A stretch of DNA of 64,000 nt from an uncultured Clostridiaceae bacterium. GTDB taxonomy: Bacteria; Bacillota; Clostridia; Lutisporales; Lutisporaceae. This document shows, in pieces, positions 47,134 to 57,483 of the stretch. The notes beneath the pieces are model-generated. The model made no database searches and was not told the origin of the DNA. It saw only the letters and a program-made list of their open reading frames with translations. Within the stretch, counting starts at the first letter, position 1, and every line of letters starts with the position of its first letter. Made by a program: the position numbers and the translations under genes. The stretch covers positions 15,090 through 79,089 of the forward strand of contig CAYMVQ010000004.1 in the NCBI GenBank assembly GCA_964394355.1, written 5' to 3'.

Positions 47134-49085
47134 TTTAAGACCTTGCTATAATAATCTGTTTCAAGTATTTTTGCAGAAAAATAAAATTTCTTATCAATTA
47201 TATTTGAAATATCTTTTATATAATCAATATCAACATTTATTCCATCATTTGGGATAAATGTTTTGTTCTCTGTATTATAGCGGCCCTTGTCTGTAATAAA
47301 ACTTCTATTGCCGAAGATTACCAAAGGCTCGGCATCGGATAAAATATCTCTTCCCATCAAAAGCCTTGAATCATACTCCAAACCTAGGAGATTTGAAATT
47401 GTTGGTATAATATCCAAACTGGAAGCTGGCTTATCTATCACTTTGGGAGTCATTCCTTGAGTATAAAGTATAAAATGATTTTTATGCAGCTCAAAATTAT
47501 TTTCCAAAGTATGGCCTGCTAGCTCATCTAATTCTGATTTTTCCAAACCATAGGGATAATGATCAGCAGACAAAGCTATAAGGGTTTTATGACCTATGTT
47601 TTTTTCATCTAATTGTTGAAGTAAATATTCTAAAGCCCTGTCCAATTCTATTTGACATGCTATATAGGCCTTGCAAGGCTCCGAATATGGAAGTTCCCTA
47701 ACAAATTCTTTATTCTTTTTTGACATAGCGTTACCTAAAAATGAATATCTTAAATGGCCGCTAACGGTCATATAATAACTGTGGAAAGGTATGTCTTCAA
47801 TATATTCAGCTATAGTCACTTTCATCATTTCCAAATCCGATTCAGGCCAGCTCTTTTCAATTATAAGTCCGTTTCCTACGCCCTTATAATCATAACCCAT
47901 ATTAGGATGAGAAATGTTTCTCTTATAATAGTCGTAAGTGTGATTGTGATAAGCAAGGGTTTTATAGCCTAGCTTTTTTAGGCTGTTGCCCATTACAAAA
48001 GGCAAAGAAATTTTGCCGGACTTATAAAAACTCCAAACACCGCTTTTTGGTATAAGCCCGGTACAGGCCACATACTCACCGTCAGAAGTGCTAACACCCC
48101 AAACAGGAGTATAAAAATCAGAAAAATAATATCCGCCGTAGACCATTTTATATAAAGTTGGTGTAATATCCTTATGTACAGCATAGGGAGAAAAGGCTTC
48201 TGCTGTAATAAGTATTAGATTATAGCCTTTGTATTTGCCAGTGTATTCATTTTTTTTCGTTGGCTCCACATTATTAAAATAAATGTGCATATTTTTTATA
48301 TTTCCATCTTTTTCCTTGGCTATAAGTTCAGAAAAATCAATTTTTAATGCATTATATTCAATTCTTTTCTCTATAGGTATTTTTTTTATAGGACTTTCTT
48401 TTTTACTTTCTGTTTTCGGAGGCCCAGCTAAATCTTTTTGGGGTGGGGACCAGCCAAATAAAGTTCTTTGCAAGTCCAATCTCATAGTTGTAATCAAGCC
48501 TAGTTTTTTTACGGAAAGAATAGGATAGCTATTGTTGAAGTATAAATCATATGCCGAATACTGCTCTTTACCATCAGCAAACATAAGCAGTATGCTAGCA
48601 AGATATGTTGAAAATATTATACTTATAAGTATCAATCTTTTTTCTTTTTTTACCTTAACAAAGGATATTAATTTTTTACCGCCTTTTATCAAGAGTACAG
48701 CTGGAAGAAATATCAATATTATATTGAATATATTTTTCATTGCTATATGTAAAGTTGATTTCCAAAACTCGGTAACCTGTGATGCCTTTGAAGCGGAATA
48801 GACAGAGTAAAAAGTCTTGAAAAACTTAAAATATATCAGTTGGGAAGCAAAAATAAAGGAGCTTATTAACAAGAAAGCACAAGATAAAGAATAATTGATT
48901 TTTCCCTCATATAAGCTACAGGTAGTATATAAGATAAGACCACTAAATATAGAAAAGATAAAAGAAATTAAAAACCCTAAAAAAGTTCCATCTTCCAGTA
49001 TGGAAAATCTTAAAACAGTCTCCATAAAGAACAGGGAGGCAATAATATATAATAATTGATAGTATGGTTTAATGCGTATCTTCAT
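47121..49085 (-). CDS. LTA synthase (LtaS) family sulfatase-domain protein
   Basis: ATG 49085 lies 8 nt after an AGGTGA RBS. About 5 N-terminal TM helices and an extracellular sulfatase-like domain. Confidence 0.8.
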   Translation of the reverse strand: MKIRIKPYYQLLYIIASLFFMETVLRFSILEDGTFLGFLISFIFSIFSGLILYTTCSLYEGKINYSLSCAFLLISSFIFASQLIYFKFFKTFYSVYSASKASQVTEFWKSTLHIAMKNIFNIILIFLPAVLLIKGGKKLISFVKVKKEKRLILISIIFSTYLASILLMFADGKEQYSAYDLYFNNSYPILSVKKLGLITTMRLDLQRTLFGWSPPQKDLAGPPKTESKKESPIKKIPIEKRIEYNALKIDFSELIAKEKDGNIKNMHIYFNNVEPTKKNEYTGKYKGYNLILITAEAFSPYAVHKDITPTLYKMVYGGYYFSDFYTPVWGVSTSDGEYVACTGLIPKSGVWSFYKSGKISLPFVMGNSLKKLGYKTLAYHNHTYDYYKRNISHPNMGYDYKGVGNGLIIEKSWPESDLEMMKVTIAEYIEDIPFHSYYMTVSGHLRYSFLGNAMSKKNKEFVRELPYSEPCKAYIACQIELDRALEYLLQQLDEKNIGHKTLIALSADHYPYGLEKSELDELAGHTLENNFELHKNHFILYTQGMTPKVIDKPASSLDIIPTISNLLGLEYDSRLLMGRDILSDAEPLVIFGNRSFITDKGRYNTENKTFIPNDGINVDIDYIKDISNIIDKKFYFSAKILETDYYSKVLNHLP

Positions 49086-49140
49086 AGGAAAAATCACCTC
49101 TATCTATTATATTCTAAAAGAATAAACAGTATTAATATAA

Positions 49141-49815
49141 TTATATATTCTCAATTTGCCAGTCTATAGCACCTTTGCCTATAGAATTTAAAAAAATATT
49201 TGCCTTTGAAAAAGGCTTACTGCCAAAAAAACCCCTATAAGCTGATAAAGGGCTGGGGTGGGGCGCTTTTATAATATAGTGATTTTTATTATTTATTAAA
49301 TTTGTTTTTGATTGTGCGTTTTTCCCCCATAGTATAAATATAATTCGATCATCTTTTTCATCCAACAAACGTATTATTTTATCGGTAAGACTCTCCCAAC
49401 CTATATTTCTATGGGAATTGGCTTCTCCGGCTCTGACGGTTAAAACAGCGTTAATAAGCAATATTCCCTGATCTGCCCATTTTTTTAGATAACCGTTATT
49501 GGGAATATAGCAGCCTAAATCAGCTTGTAGTTCTTTAAAAATATTTATAAGGGATGGAGGTGGCAGGATACCCGGCTTTACGGAAAAGCTCAGACCGTGG
49601 GCTTGATTGTAGCCGTGGTAGGGGTCTTGTCCCAGTATTACAAGCTTCACTTTATTATAAGGAGTGTAGTCTAAAGCATTGAATATGTCATGTTTATTTG
49701 GATAAATTGTTTTTGACTTATATTCCTTAGCCAGGAAGCTGCTAAGTTTTAAGTAATAGTCTTTCTTAAACTCTTTTTCCAATAATTCTTGCCAATCATT
49801 TCTCAGTATTTCCAT
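49141..49815 (-). CDS. ung: Uracil-DNA glycosylase (family 1)
   Basis: 224 aa. GQDPYH, LLLN-type ([10 protein letters not shown]) and HPSPLSA motifs. Confidence 0.95.
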   Translation of the reverse strand: MEILRNDWQELLEKEFKKDYYLKLSSFLAKEYKSKTIYPNKHDIFNALDYTPYNKVKLVILGQDPYHGYNQAHGLSFSVKPGILPPPSLINIFKELQADLGCYIPNNGYLKKWADQGILLINAVLTVRAGEANSHRNIGWESLTDKIIRLLDEKDDRIIFILWGKNAQSKTNLINNKNHYIIKAPHPSPLSAYRGFFGSKPFSKANIFLNSIGKGAIDWQIENI

Positions 49816-50045
49816 AAAATCACCTGAACCGATTATAACATTCTTTCGAAAATTGTAAAACTATGTTTATTGTTCTTGCAGGGATTTATTATGTCTTTCT
49901 TACAGTTCAGACCTGGGGCTTGATCTGCGATATCAAAATTGATTTAACATAAAGAAAAAGTTAAGGTATAATATTAGCAGTATTCTTGATTTATTTTTAG
50001 GCAATAATCCTAATAGCATGTAAAAATAGGGAGCGGAGAAACAGT

Positions 50046-51572
50046 ATGAAAAAAACTGTATTCCTTTTGATGATACTTACTATTGCAGCAAAATTTATAG
50101 GCTTGGCCCGGGAGCTCACCTTGTCTTATTTTTTTGGTGCAAGTGGGGTTAGCGATGCTTATTTAATATCTCAGACAATACCAGCTGTTTTATTTGGTTT
50201 TGTGGGAGCTGGACTGTCTACTTGTTACATACCTATATATAGTGGTATATTAAGAAGAAAAGGTAATAAGCCTGCTACTGATTTCACCAACAATATCATT
50301 AATGTTTTTATAGTAATTTCTACTGTAATTGCAGCTTTTGTTATAATATTTACAGAGCCAGTGGTAAAATTATTTGCTTCAGGTTTTAGTGGTGAAACAC
50401 TAGAATTGGCCATGGCTTTTACTAAAGTCAGCGTACTAGGAATATACTTTACTGCAATAGGCTATATATATAGGAGCTATTTGCAATTAAAAGATAGTTT
50501 TATTTTGCCTATGGCTCTTGGTTTTGTTTCAAATTTTATAATCATAATATCAATAATCTTAAGTTCTAAGTCATGGGTCATGATTTTAGCTATTGGCAGT
50601 GTTTTAGCTGCTTCATCCCAGGTTATTTTTTTAATGCCATCACTCTATAAAAAGGGATATAGATACAAGCTTGTATTTGATATAAAGGACAATAATTTTA
50701 TAAAAATGAGCAAGCAATCCTTGCCTGTTATAATAGGAAATTCGGCTAATCAGATAAACTGGCTAGTGGACAGGACTTTGGCATCCAGAATTGTTGTTGG
50801 AGGAATTTCCGCTCTTTATTATGCAAACAAGCTTAATGGTTTTGTTCAAGGAATATTTGTCGCTTCCATCGCCACAGTTATGTATCCTAGAATTTCAAAA
50901 ATGGCTGCTAACGAAGATATAGAGGGAATCAAGGTTTCTTTAAGGGAATCAATTACTATCAGTATTTTACTTGTAGTCCCAGCTACTATTATATCCATGA
51001 TTTTTGCGGAACCCATAGTATCATTACTATTCGGTAGAGGTGCTTTTGATGAAAAAGCCATTTATCTAACATCTTATGCATTGTTCTTTTATGCTGTGGG
51101 AATGATAGGCTTTGGCCTTAGAGAAGTTTTATCCCGGGGTTTTTACTCGCTACAAGATACAAAGACACCCATGATAAATGCTTTTATCGCAATGGTCATG
51201 AATATTATTCTTAATATTATTTTATCGCGGTTTTTAGGCATTGGTGGTTTGGCTCTAGCTACAAGCATTTCTGCATTATTTTGTACTGCACTTTTATTTA
51301 TAAGTTTAAAGAAAAAAATTGGCGCCTTTGGCATGAAAGAAATAAGTATTTCATTTATAAAAATACTTGTTTCTTCTATTATAATGGGGGTTTTGGCAAA
51401 ATATTTATATGATAAGCTTATTATTAATATGGACTATAAAATTACATTGTTCCTATCTATGATGGCAGGAGGAGCAGTATATCTGTTATTGGTCTCTTTA
51501 ATGAGAATAAAGGACGTTGAAGTAATAATCAAAGAAATAAAAACATATTTTGCTTCTCTTATCCCTCGGTAG
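50046..51572 (+). CDS. murJ: Lipid II flippase MurJ
   Basis: 508 aa, about 14 TM segments. N-terminus KFIGLARELTLSYFFGASGVSDAY is typical of MurJ/MviN. Confidence 0.9.
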   Translation: MKKTVFLLMILTIAAKFIGLARELTLSYFFGASGVSDAYLISQTIPAVLFGFVGAGLSTCYIPIYSGILRRKGNKPATDFTNNIINVFIVISTVIAAFVIIFTEPVVKLFASGFSGETLELAMAFTKVSVLGIYFTAIGYIYRSYLQLKDSFILPMALGFVSNFIIIISIILSSKSWVMILAIGSVLAASSQVIFLMPSLYKKGYRYKLVFDIKDNNFIKMSKQSLPVIIGNSANQINWLVDRTLASRIVVGGISALYYANKLNGFVQGIFVASIATVMYPRISKMAANEDIEGIKVSLRESITISILLVVPATIISMIFAEPIVSLLFGRGAFDEKAIYLTSYALFFYAVGMIGFGLREVLSRGFYSLQDTKTPMINAFIAMVMNIILNIILSRFLGIGGLALATSISALFCTALLFISLKKKIGAFGMKEISISFIKILVSSIIMGVLAKYLYDKLIINMDYKITLFLSMMAGGAVYLLLVSLMRIKDVEVIIKEIKTYFASLIPR

Positions 51573-53097
51573 CCAAAGTTATTGCAGCTTCTTTTTCTTT
51601 ATCATATTCCTTTAAATATCTAAGAACATAATCTACATCGGAAGGAGTAGGTATATATTCCTTTCCGATTTTCTGCCTTGTTTCCCTGCCTTTACCTGTA
51701 AGAAGTATAATTGAATTAGGCTTGGAGGAAAGAATGGAAGCCTTTATTGCTTCTCCCCTATCTTCTATAATTTTATAATTATTGTGAAATTGTTTTACAT
51801 GCTCAGCTATATCCAGGCAAATATCCTTGACAGGTTCTTCTCCCGGATCTTCTTCAGTAAGTATTATTTCATGAGAGTATTCTCCTGCCAGCAAGCCTAA
51901 GTCCTTTCTGCGAGTATATGCTTTTCCTCCGGGACATCCAAATACAGTAACTATATTTCTATCTTTGTATTCTTCTTGAGTAGACTCATAAAGCTTGCTA
52001 AAGCTTAGCTTATTATGTGCATAATCTACTATTACAATTATATCCTTATCCATGCTTTCGTACCTTTCCATTCGTCCGCTGGATCTAGCCTTTTTTAGGC
52101 CATTGTAGATAAATTCTTCCGGAATATTAAGGGCATAGGCTGCAGCAATGGCTGCCAAAGCATTTTCAATATTAAAAAGCCCTGGCATAGTCAATACAAA
52201 ATTTTTATCAAATCTATCGGTTTTCACATTAAAAGAAATACTTTTTTCATCATTTCTAATATTATATCCATAAATATCCGCCTTTTCACTAAAGCCAAAG
52301 CTAATAATTTCTTGAGAGTCCTTAGCTGCTTCCAGAATTCTATCTATTTCATCGGATTCCATATTCACACAAGCATATTTACACTGCTTAAAAAGTTTTA
52401 ATTTAGATGAAAAATAATCTTCAAAATCACTATGCTCAATAGGGCTTATATGATCTTCGGAAATATTTAAAAATATACCCACATCAAAATATACATCAAA
52501 TAACCTGCCATATTTTAGGGCTTGACTTGATACCTCCGTAACCATGTATGTAATATGGCTATTTAAAGCATTAACATAATGTTTTTGCAAATCGAAGGAT
52601 TCCGGAGTGGTAATATGGGATTCTTCATTTATTATGCCATCATAAGTATCAATGGATGAAATAATACCTGCTTCCGCTTTTTTATTATATTTTAAATATT
52701 CATCCAATATATATTTAATATAATAGGAAGTCGTTGATTTGCCCTTGGTTCCTGAAACCCCGATAAGATTCATATTTTTCCAAGGGTAATTAAAGTATAT
52801 ATTTGATACTAAAGATAATGTTTTTTGTATATCATTAACTATAATGGATGGGATGCTTTTATGATAATCCACTTCGCTTATATAGGCTATAGCACCTTTT
52901 TCTATTGCCTTATCCAAATACTCTTCTTTAAAAGCCTTGCCTTTACATACAAAAAGTGTATTTGGAATTACTTCATTTGAATTATAAGAAAGCTTATCTA
53001 TGTATTTTTTTCCTTTGCCATGATCTAGTTTTTTTGATAGAAAAAGATTCTTTTCCTGTATGCTAAATAAATATTCCTCTATTGTATACTTCTCCAT
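51559..53097 (-). CDS. murE: UDP-MurNAc-L-Ala-D-Glu--amino acid ligase MurE, non-DAP (probably L-Lys) type
   Basis: 512 aa. P-loop GVSGTKGKSTT and Mur ligase blocks. EEDPGEEP (51832-51855) sits where DAP-type enzymes have DNPR. Confidence 0.85.
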   Translation of the reverse strand: MEKYTIEEYLFSIQEKNLFLSKKLDHGKGKKYIDKLSYNSNEVIPNTLFVCKGKAFKEEYLDKAIEKGAIAYISEVDYHKSIPSIIVNDIQKTLSLVSNIYFNYPWKNMNLIGVSGTKGKSTTSYYIKYILDEYLKYNKKAEAGIISSIDTYDGIINEESHITTPESFDLQKHYVNALNSHITYMVTEVSSQALKYGRLFDVYFDVGIFLNISEDHISPIEHSDFEDYFSSKLKLFKQCKYACVNMESDEIDRILEAAKDSQEIISFGFSEKADIYGYNIRNDEKSISFNVKTDRFDKNFVLTMPGLFNIENALAAIAAAYALNIPEEFIYNGLKKARSSGRMERYESMDKDIIVIVDYAHNKLSFSKLYESTQEEYKDRNIVTVFGCPGGKAYTRRKDLGLLAGEYSHEIILTEEDPGEEPVKDICLDIAEHVKQFHNNYKIIEDRGEAIKASILSSKPNSIILLTGKGRETRQKIGKEYIPTPSDVDYVLRYLKEYDKEKEAAITLATEG

Positions 53098-53110
53098 TGT
53101 TTTTCTCTCC

Positions 53111-54298
53111 TTATCTGGCTCTAAATATCCTTTTGAATATTTTACCCATAATTATGCCTATAAATGCAAAAGAAGGCATAGGGTCTTTCCAATCCCATAT
53201 GGCATATGCCTTAGGCCTAAATAATGATTTTATAATTTCTTTTCTGGTAAGCTGACCGCTTTTAATATAGTCTCTTATAGCCAATATATCTTCAAAGACA
53301 TACCAAAACACCGGGCTTTGTTCTTCTATAAGATATTTAGGCTCCAGTGGCTTGCCAATCATTTCCCTATAAGTTATATAGGGAAAGTTAAGACCCAGCT
53401 TATATAATAGACTATTAAAATTAGTTATTCTGGCATTTATTTCTATTAAGTAGAAGTCTCCACTTTCAGCATCCCTTTTAAATTCTATTTCAGCAAAACC
53501 TTTATATCCTATATCTTCTAAGAATTTGCCTCCTATATCATAAAGTTCAGGTACATACTTATGACCTGTATATACGGAAGCACCAAAATTTATAGGAAAT
53601 TGCCTGTACTTTTGGCAGGTGCACCAATGGGTAACTTTTGATTCTTGGTTTAAATAGGCATCAAAGGTATACATATGGTCATCAAAACCTTTTATAATCT
53701 TTTGCACATCAACTAATAGGCCTGCATCTTTAGCTTTCTTGATAGCATCTAAAAGTTCTTCCCTATTATGGACCTTAAAGAGCTTTTTGCGAAATTTTGC
53801 AACAAAAGAGGGGGAGTCTACAGGTTTCACCAAGCAAGGATAGCCTACAGTATTTTCAATTTTGTTTAAATAATCATCATCATTGAGTTTTACTGTGTTT
53901 GGTATTAGCATGCCATGTTGTCGGGCTAATTCGAATAAGGAGCCCTTGTCCATAACTCTTGTCCATAATCCTTGTTCAGTTTGAGGCATAAGATAATACT
54001 TTTTAAGCTCATTTAGATATTTATCTATAGCTTCTACTTGTGAGTCATGGGTTGGTATAAGCACGGGAGGATATTTTTGCTTTTTTGCAAAGTCAATTAA
54101 ATAGTCTACAAAGCCTTCCGTATCTTCCTTATGATGAGGAATAATAAGTCTTTTAGATAGGTATTTTGATTTGGCGGCATAGGTATCTTTTTTTGAATAA
54201 TCCATTGCCACTACTGTTATTCCGTTTACCCCTAGGCAACGAATAGTGCTAAGACCAATATAATAATTAGTACCTAATACAACTGCTATATTTTTCAT
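53111..54298 (-). CDS. ATP-grasp carboxylate-amine ligase (COG3919-like; candidate D-aspartate/cross-bridge ligase)
   Basis: 395 aa. Lies 13 nt upstream of murE on the same strand. ATP-grasp core ...GYPCLVKP...FAEIEFKRDAESGDFYLIEINAR... Confidence 0.7.
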   Translation of the reverse strand: MKNIAVVLGTNYYIGLSTIRCLGVNGITVVAMDYSKKDTYAAKSKYLSKRLIIPHHKEDTEGFVDYLIDFAKKQKYPPVLIPTHDSQVEAIDKYLNELKKYYLMPQTEQGLWTRVMDKGSLFELARQHGMLIPNTVKLNDDDYLNKIENTVGYPCLVKPVDSPSFVAKFRKKLFKVHNREELLDAIKKAKDAGLLVDVQKIIKGFDDHMYTFDAYLNQESKVTHWCTCQKYRQFPINFGASVYTGHKYVPELYDIGGKFLEDIGYKGFAEIEFKRDAESGDFYLIEINARITNFNSLLYKLGLNFPYITYREMIGKPLEPKYLIEEQSPVFWYVFEDILAIRDYIKSGQLTRKEIIKSLFRPKAYAIWDWKDPMPSFAFIGIIMGKIFKRIFRAR

Positions 54299-54416
54299 TT
54301 TTACACCTTCTTAGAAAAAGTTGAAAATATTATTTGAAAATATTAAGACTTGTTTACATCTTAGCCACTTGCTATAGTATTTATACTGTTTTTATAACAT
54401 CCAATATTATAGTGGG

Positions 54417-55178
54417 CTAGTCAATAAAAACCTTATTTTTTTGATTATATATGCTACTTAAAATCTTGATTTCAATTCTTCTGTTTTTTGTTTTTCCTTC
54501 TGCTGTATCATTGGTGGCTATGGGTGCATACTCACCAAAGCCTTCAGCTGATAGCCTTTGAGGATCGAAACCCTTTTCATTTATATAAAATTCTGCCACG
54601 GTAATGGCCCTGGCCGCCGATAAGTACCAGTTGTTGGGATATTGTGCTGATCTCATAGGAACCGTATCTGTATGGCCTTCTATCTTTACCATATTATTTT
54701 CATATTCGGCTAGTTTGATTCCAACAGCATCCAAAACAGGAATAGCTTCTTTCTTTATAATGGCCTTCCCTGGATCAAAAAATATGCCATCTAGAAAATT
54801 AAGTTTAACATAGCCTTCAGTGTAATCAATGGTTACTTGGTATTGTTCTAAACTTTGTTCTTCCAAGTAAGTGCTCAAATCATCAGCTATGGCTCGGAGT
54901 TCTTTATTGACATCCTCCATACTCTCTCTTTCTTCCTTAAGACCCTTAGTTTCACTATTTAGTTCTATATCCGTGGCTATAATCATTTCTCCCCCAGTTA
55001 GTACTCCAAGGGAACCCTTTAAAGAGCTCATAATAATTTTAAATTTCTGAGCATCAATTGAAGAAAAAGAAAAAAGCAAAATAAAAAAGCATAGCAAAAG
55101 CGTGACTAAATCGCCATAGGTAGTCATCCAGGCAGGTGAACCGCCACTTTCATTTGTTTTTCTCTTTCTTTTTCTCAT
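54417..55178 (-). CDS. MotB/OmpA-family protein
   Basis: N-terminus SPAWMTTYGDLVTLLLCFFILLFS (MotB-type TM with Asp). C-terminal OmpA-like peptidoglycan-binding domain (NWYLSAARA...NRRIEI). Confidence 0.8.
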   Translation of the reverse strand: MRKRKRKTNESGGSPAWMTTYGDLVTLLLCFFILLFSFSSIDAQKFKIIMSSLKGSLGVLTGGEMIIATDIELNSETKGLKEERESMEDVNKELRAIADDLSTYLEEQSLEQYQVTIDYTEGYVKLNFLDGIFFDPGKAIIKKEAIPVLDAVGIKLAEYENNMVKIEGHTDTVPMRSAQYPNNWYLSAARAITVAEFYINEKGFDPQRLSAEGFGEYAPIATNDTAEGKTKNRRIEIKILSSIYNQKNKVFID

Positions 55179-55289
55179 AATGTAGAAACCACCTTTGTTT
55201 TTAATTCCACTTCTCTTATCATCTCATTTATTATATCGGCTATTTTCATTGAACTAATTATATTATAATTTGGCTATTATTACAAGACA

Positions 55290-55355
55290 AGGCTTTAATG
55301 CAGAAAGAAGCTGGAAAGCCTAGTTGAGCTTTGCTGCTTGCATAAACTATAAAAC
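55290..55355. repeat. Intergenic repeat element (second sub-family member)
   Basis: Hairpin AGGCTTT...AAAGCCT. GCTGCTTGC (55333-55341) and TAAACTATAA (55343-55352) are shared with 14201-14270. Confidence 0.35.
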
Positions 55356-55543
55356 GTAAATATAATAAGTCTAAAGCCATAATAATAGATGAGGAAACAA
55401 TTGTATAGGTTTTTAATTAAAGCCTAAAATTACATTTTTAAATGTGAATTCAACACTTGCAATAGAAGGCATTTACTAGCTATCGTAAAATGTTTGTCAA
55501 AAGTTACATTTATAAAATCTAGCAATCAAGGTGGAGGTTATTA

Positions 55544-57073
55544 GTGAAATTATTTAGAATAATAAGCAATAGGGTATTTGTTACATCGGTTATACTTTTA
55601 GCACAGCTTACATGGTTTGTAGTATTTTTAATAAAGCTGACTAAGTATTCAGTGCTAATCAGTTTAATTTTTTCGGCCTTAAGCTTGTTGATGGTTCTCC
55701 ATATAGTTTCCAAGGATGAAAATCCTTCTTATAAAATTGCATGGATTATTTTAATAATGGCTTTACCCTTATTTGGAGGACTATTTTATTTGGTTTTTGG
55801 AAACAAACGCCCCTCTAAAGGTATGAGACAATTAATAGATAGTGAACATAAAAAGATAGCTGAATTATTGGATTTAGACGAAGGGGTATTAGATGAAATA
55901 GCTAATATTGACAAGCGGGTAATGGGCATATTTAAATACCTTCAGAAGAAAAATTCTTTTCCTGTCTACAAAAATACGGAAAGCACATACTATGCTTCCG
56001 GTGAGGCTATGTACAAAGATATGATTTTCGAATTGGAAAGGGCAAAAGAATTTATTTTTTTAGAATATTTTATACTAGAGGAAGGAAAGATGTGGGATGG
56101 AATCCTTAAAATACTCATCGAAAAAGTTAGATTAGGGGTAGATGTCAGGTTAATATACGATGATGTTGGTTCACTTTTCTTGCTTCCTAAAGGTTTTAAA
56201 AAGAACATAGAAGACAAAGGAATAAAGTGCATGGCGTTTAATAAGTTTAGGCCCCTTCTTTCCTTAGTTATGAATAATCGAAATCACAGAAAGATGCTGG
56301 TAGTTGATGGCCATACTGCTTTTACCGGAGGTATAAATATTGCAGATGAATACATAAATGTAAAAGAAAGATTTGGCCACTGGAAGGATACTGGTATAAA
56401 GCTAAAGGGAGAGGGAAGCTGGAGCTTTACACTGATGTTCCTGGAAATGTGGAACGCCTTTTACAAAACCGATGATAACTACGATAAATTTAAAACTAGC
56501 AAGGATTCTTGGGAAAACTATCAGTCAGACGGCTATATACAACCTTATTCAGATTCACCTATTGATGATGAAACAATTGGGGAAAATATTTATATAGAAC
56601 TTTTAGCACAGGCCAAGAAATATGTTTATATATTTACACCTTATTTAATTATTGATAATGAAATGAAACATGCCCTTTGCATGGCTGCCAAAAGAGGGGT
56701 GGATGTGAGAATAGTTACCCCAGGTATTCCGGACAAAAAGATTATTTATAGACTTACTCGTTCTAATTATGCTCCACTTTTAAAGGCAGGCGTAAGAATA
56801 TATGAATATACTCCAGGCTTTCTTCATGCTAAAAGCTATGTTTGTGATGATGAAATAGCAGTTGTGGGAACTATTAATATGGATTATAGAAGCCTATATT
56901 TGCATTTTGAATGTGGCGTCCTTGTGTATAAGGCAAAGTCTATTATGGATCTAAAAAAAGACTCAATTGAGGTTATAGGAAATAGCATGGAGGTTAATGA
57001 AAGTGATATTAAGAAAAGATTTTTAGGCAGGCTGATTGATGCTATACTTAGGCTTATTGCCCCACTTACTTAA
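55544..57073 (+). CDS. cls: Cardiolipin synthase
   Basis: GTG start after an AAGGTGGAGG RBS. Two N-terminal TM helices. Two HKD motifs (NHRKMLVVDG... and LHAKSYVCDD...). Confidence 0.9.
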   Translation: MKLFRIISNRVFVTSVILLAQLTWFVVFLIKLTKYSVLISLIFSALSLLMVLHIVSKDENPSYKIAWIILIMALPLFGGLFYLVFGNKRPSKGMRQLIDSEHKKIAELLDLDEGVLDEIANIDKRVMGIFKYLQKKNSFPVYKNTESTYYASGEAMYKDMIFELERAKEFIFLEYFILEEGKMWDGILKILIEKVRLGVDVRLIYDDVGSLFLLPKGFKKNIEDKGIKCMAFNKFRPLLSLVMNNRNHRKMLVVDGHTAFTGGINIADEYINVKERFGHWKDTGIKLKGEGSWSFTLMFLEMWNAFYKTDDNYDKFKTSKDSWENYQSDGYIQPYSDSPIDDETIGENIYIELLAQAKKYVYIFTPYLIIDNEMKHALCMAAKRGVDVRIVTPGIPDKKIIYRLTRSNYAPLLKAGVRIYEYTPGFLHAKSYVCDDEIAVVGTINMDYRSLYLHFECGVLVYKAKSIMDLKKDSIEVIGNSMEVNESDIKKRFLGRLIDAILRLIAPLT

Positions 57074-57176
57074 TGTTGAGATTTTTGTTCAAGAATGTGC
57101 GATTTTGTACTTTTTTAAAATTATTAATATCTGATAAAGCAAAAAGGACTGTTTGGATGCTTTTATAATTTACCTC

Positions 57177-57205
57177 TTGCATTTTTGTTAAAATGCGCGT
57201 ATAAT
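57177..57205 (+). promoter_or_regulatory. Promoter of the serine operon leader
   Basis: TTGCAT (57177-57182)-N17-TATAAT (57200-57205). Confidence 0.6.
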
Positions 57206-57224
57206 GAAATTTAATATTGAAAAC

Positions 57225-57437
57225 TGTTGAGAAGGAATAGTAGATAGGCCATTTGGTAAAGAGAGCCGGCGGTAGGTGAGAGTCGGTACCAAATCTATTG
57301 AATCCACCTTTGAGGGATTGTGATGAGCAATCGGCAAGCAGGCCTTATACTGTACTAAAGAGGACTATTATATAGTCAATTTGGGTGGCAACGCGGAAAA
57401 CAACCTTTCGTCCCTATTTGGGAATGAAGGGTTTTTT
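57225..57437 (+). ncRNA. T-box riboswitch, serine-specific (specifier UCC)
   Basis: Stem I at 57232-57310 with an AGAGAG bay and GGTGAGAG distal loop. Specifier loop GAA-UCC-A (UCC at 57303-57305). Stem III hairpin GACTAT-tat-ATAGTC. T-box sequence CAATTTGGGTGGCAACGCGG at 57377-57396. Terminator 57404-57437 ending in T6. Confidence 0.85.
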
Positions 57438-57483
57438 AATTGTAATATTGCTAAAGCAATAGGTGATTTTATGCTGCACAAAA

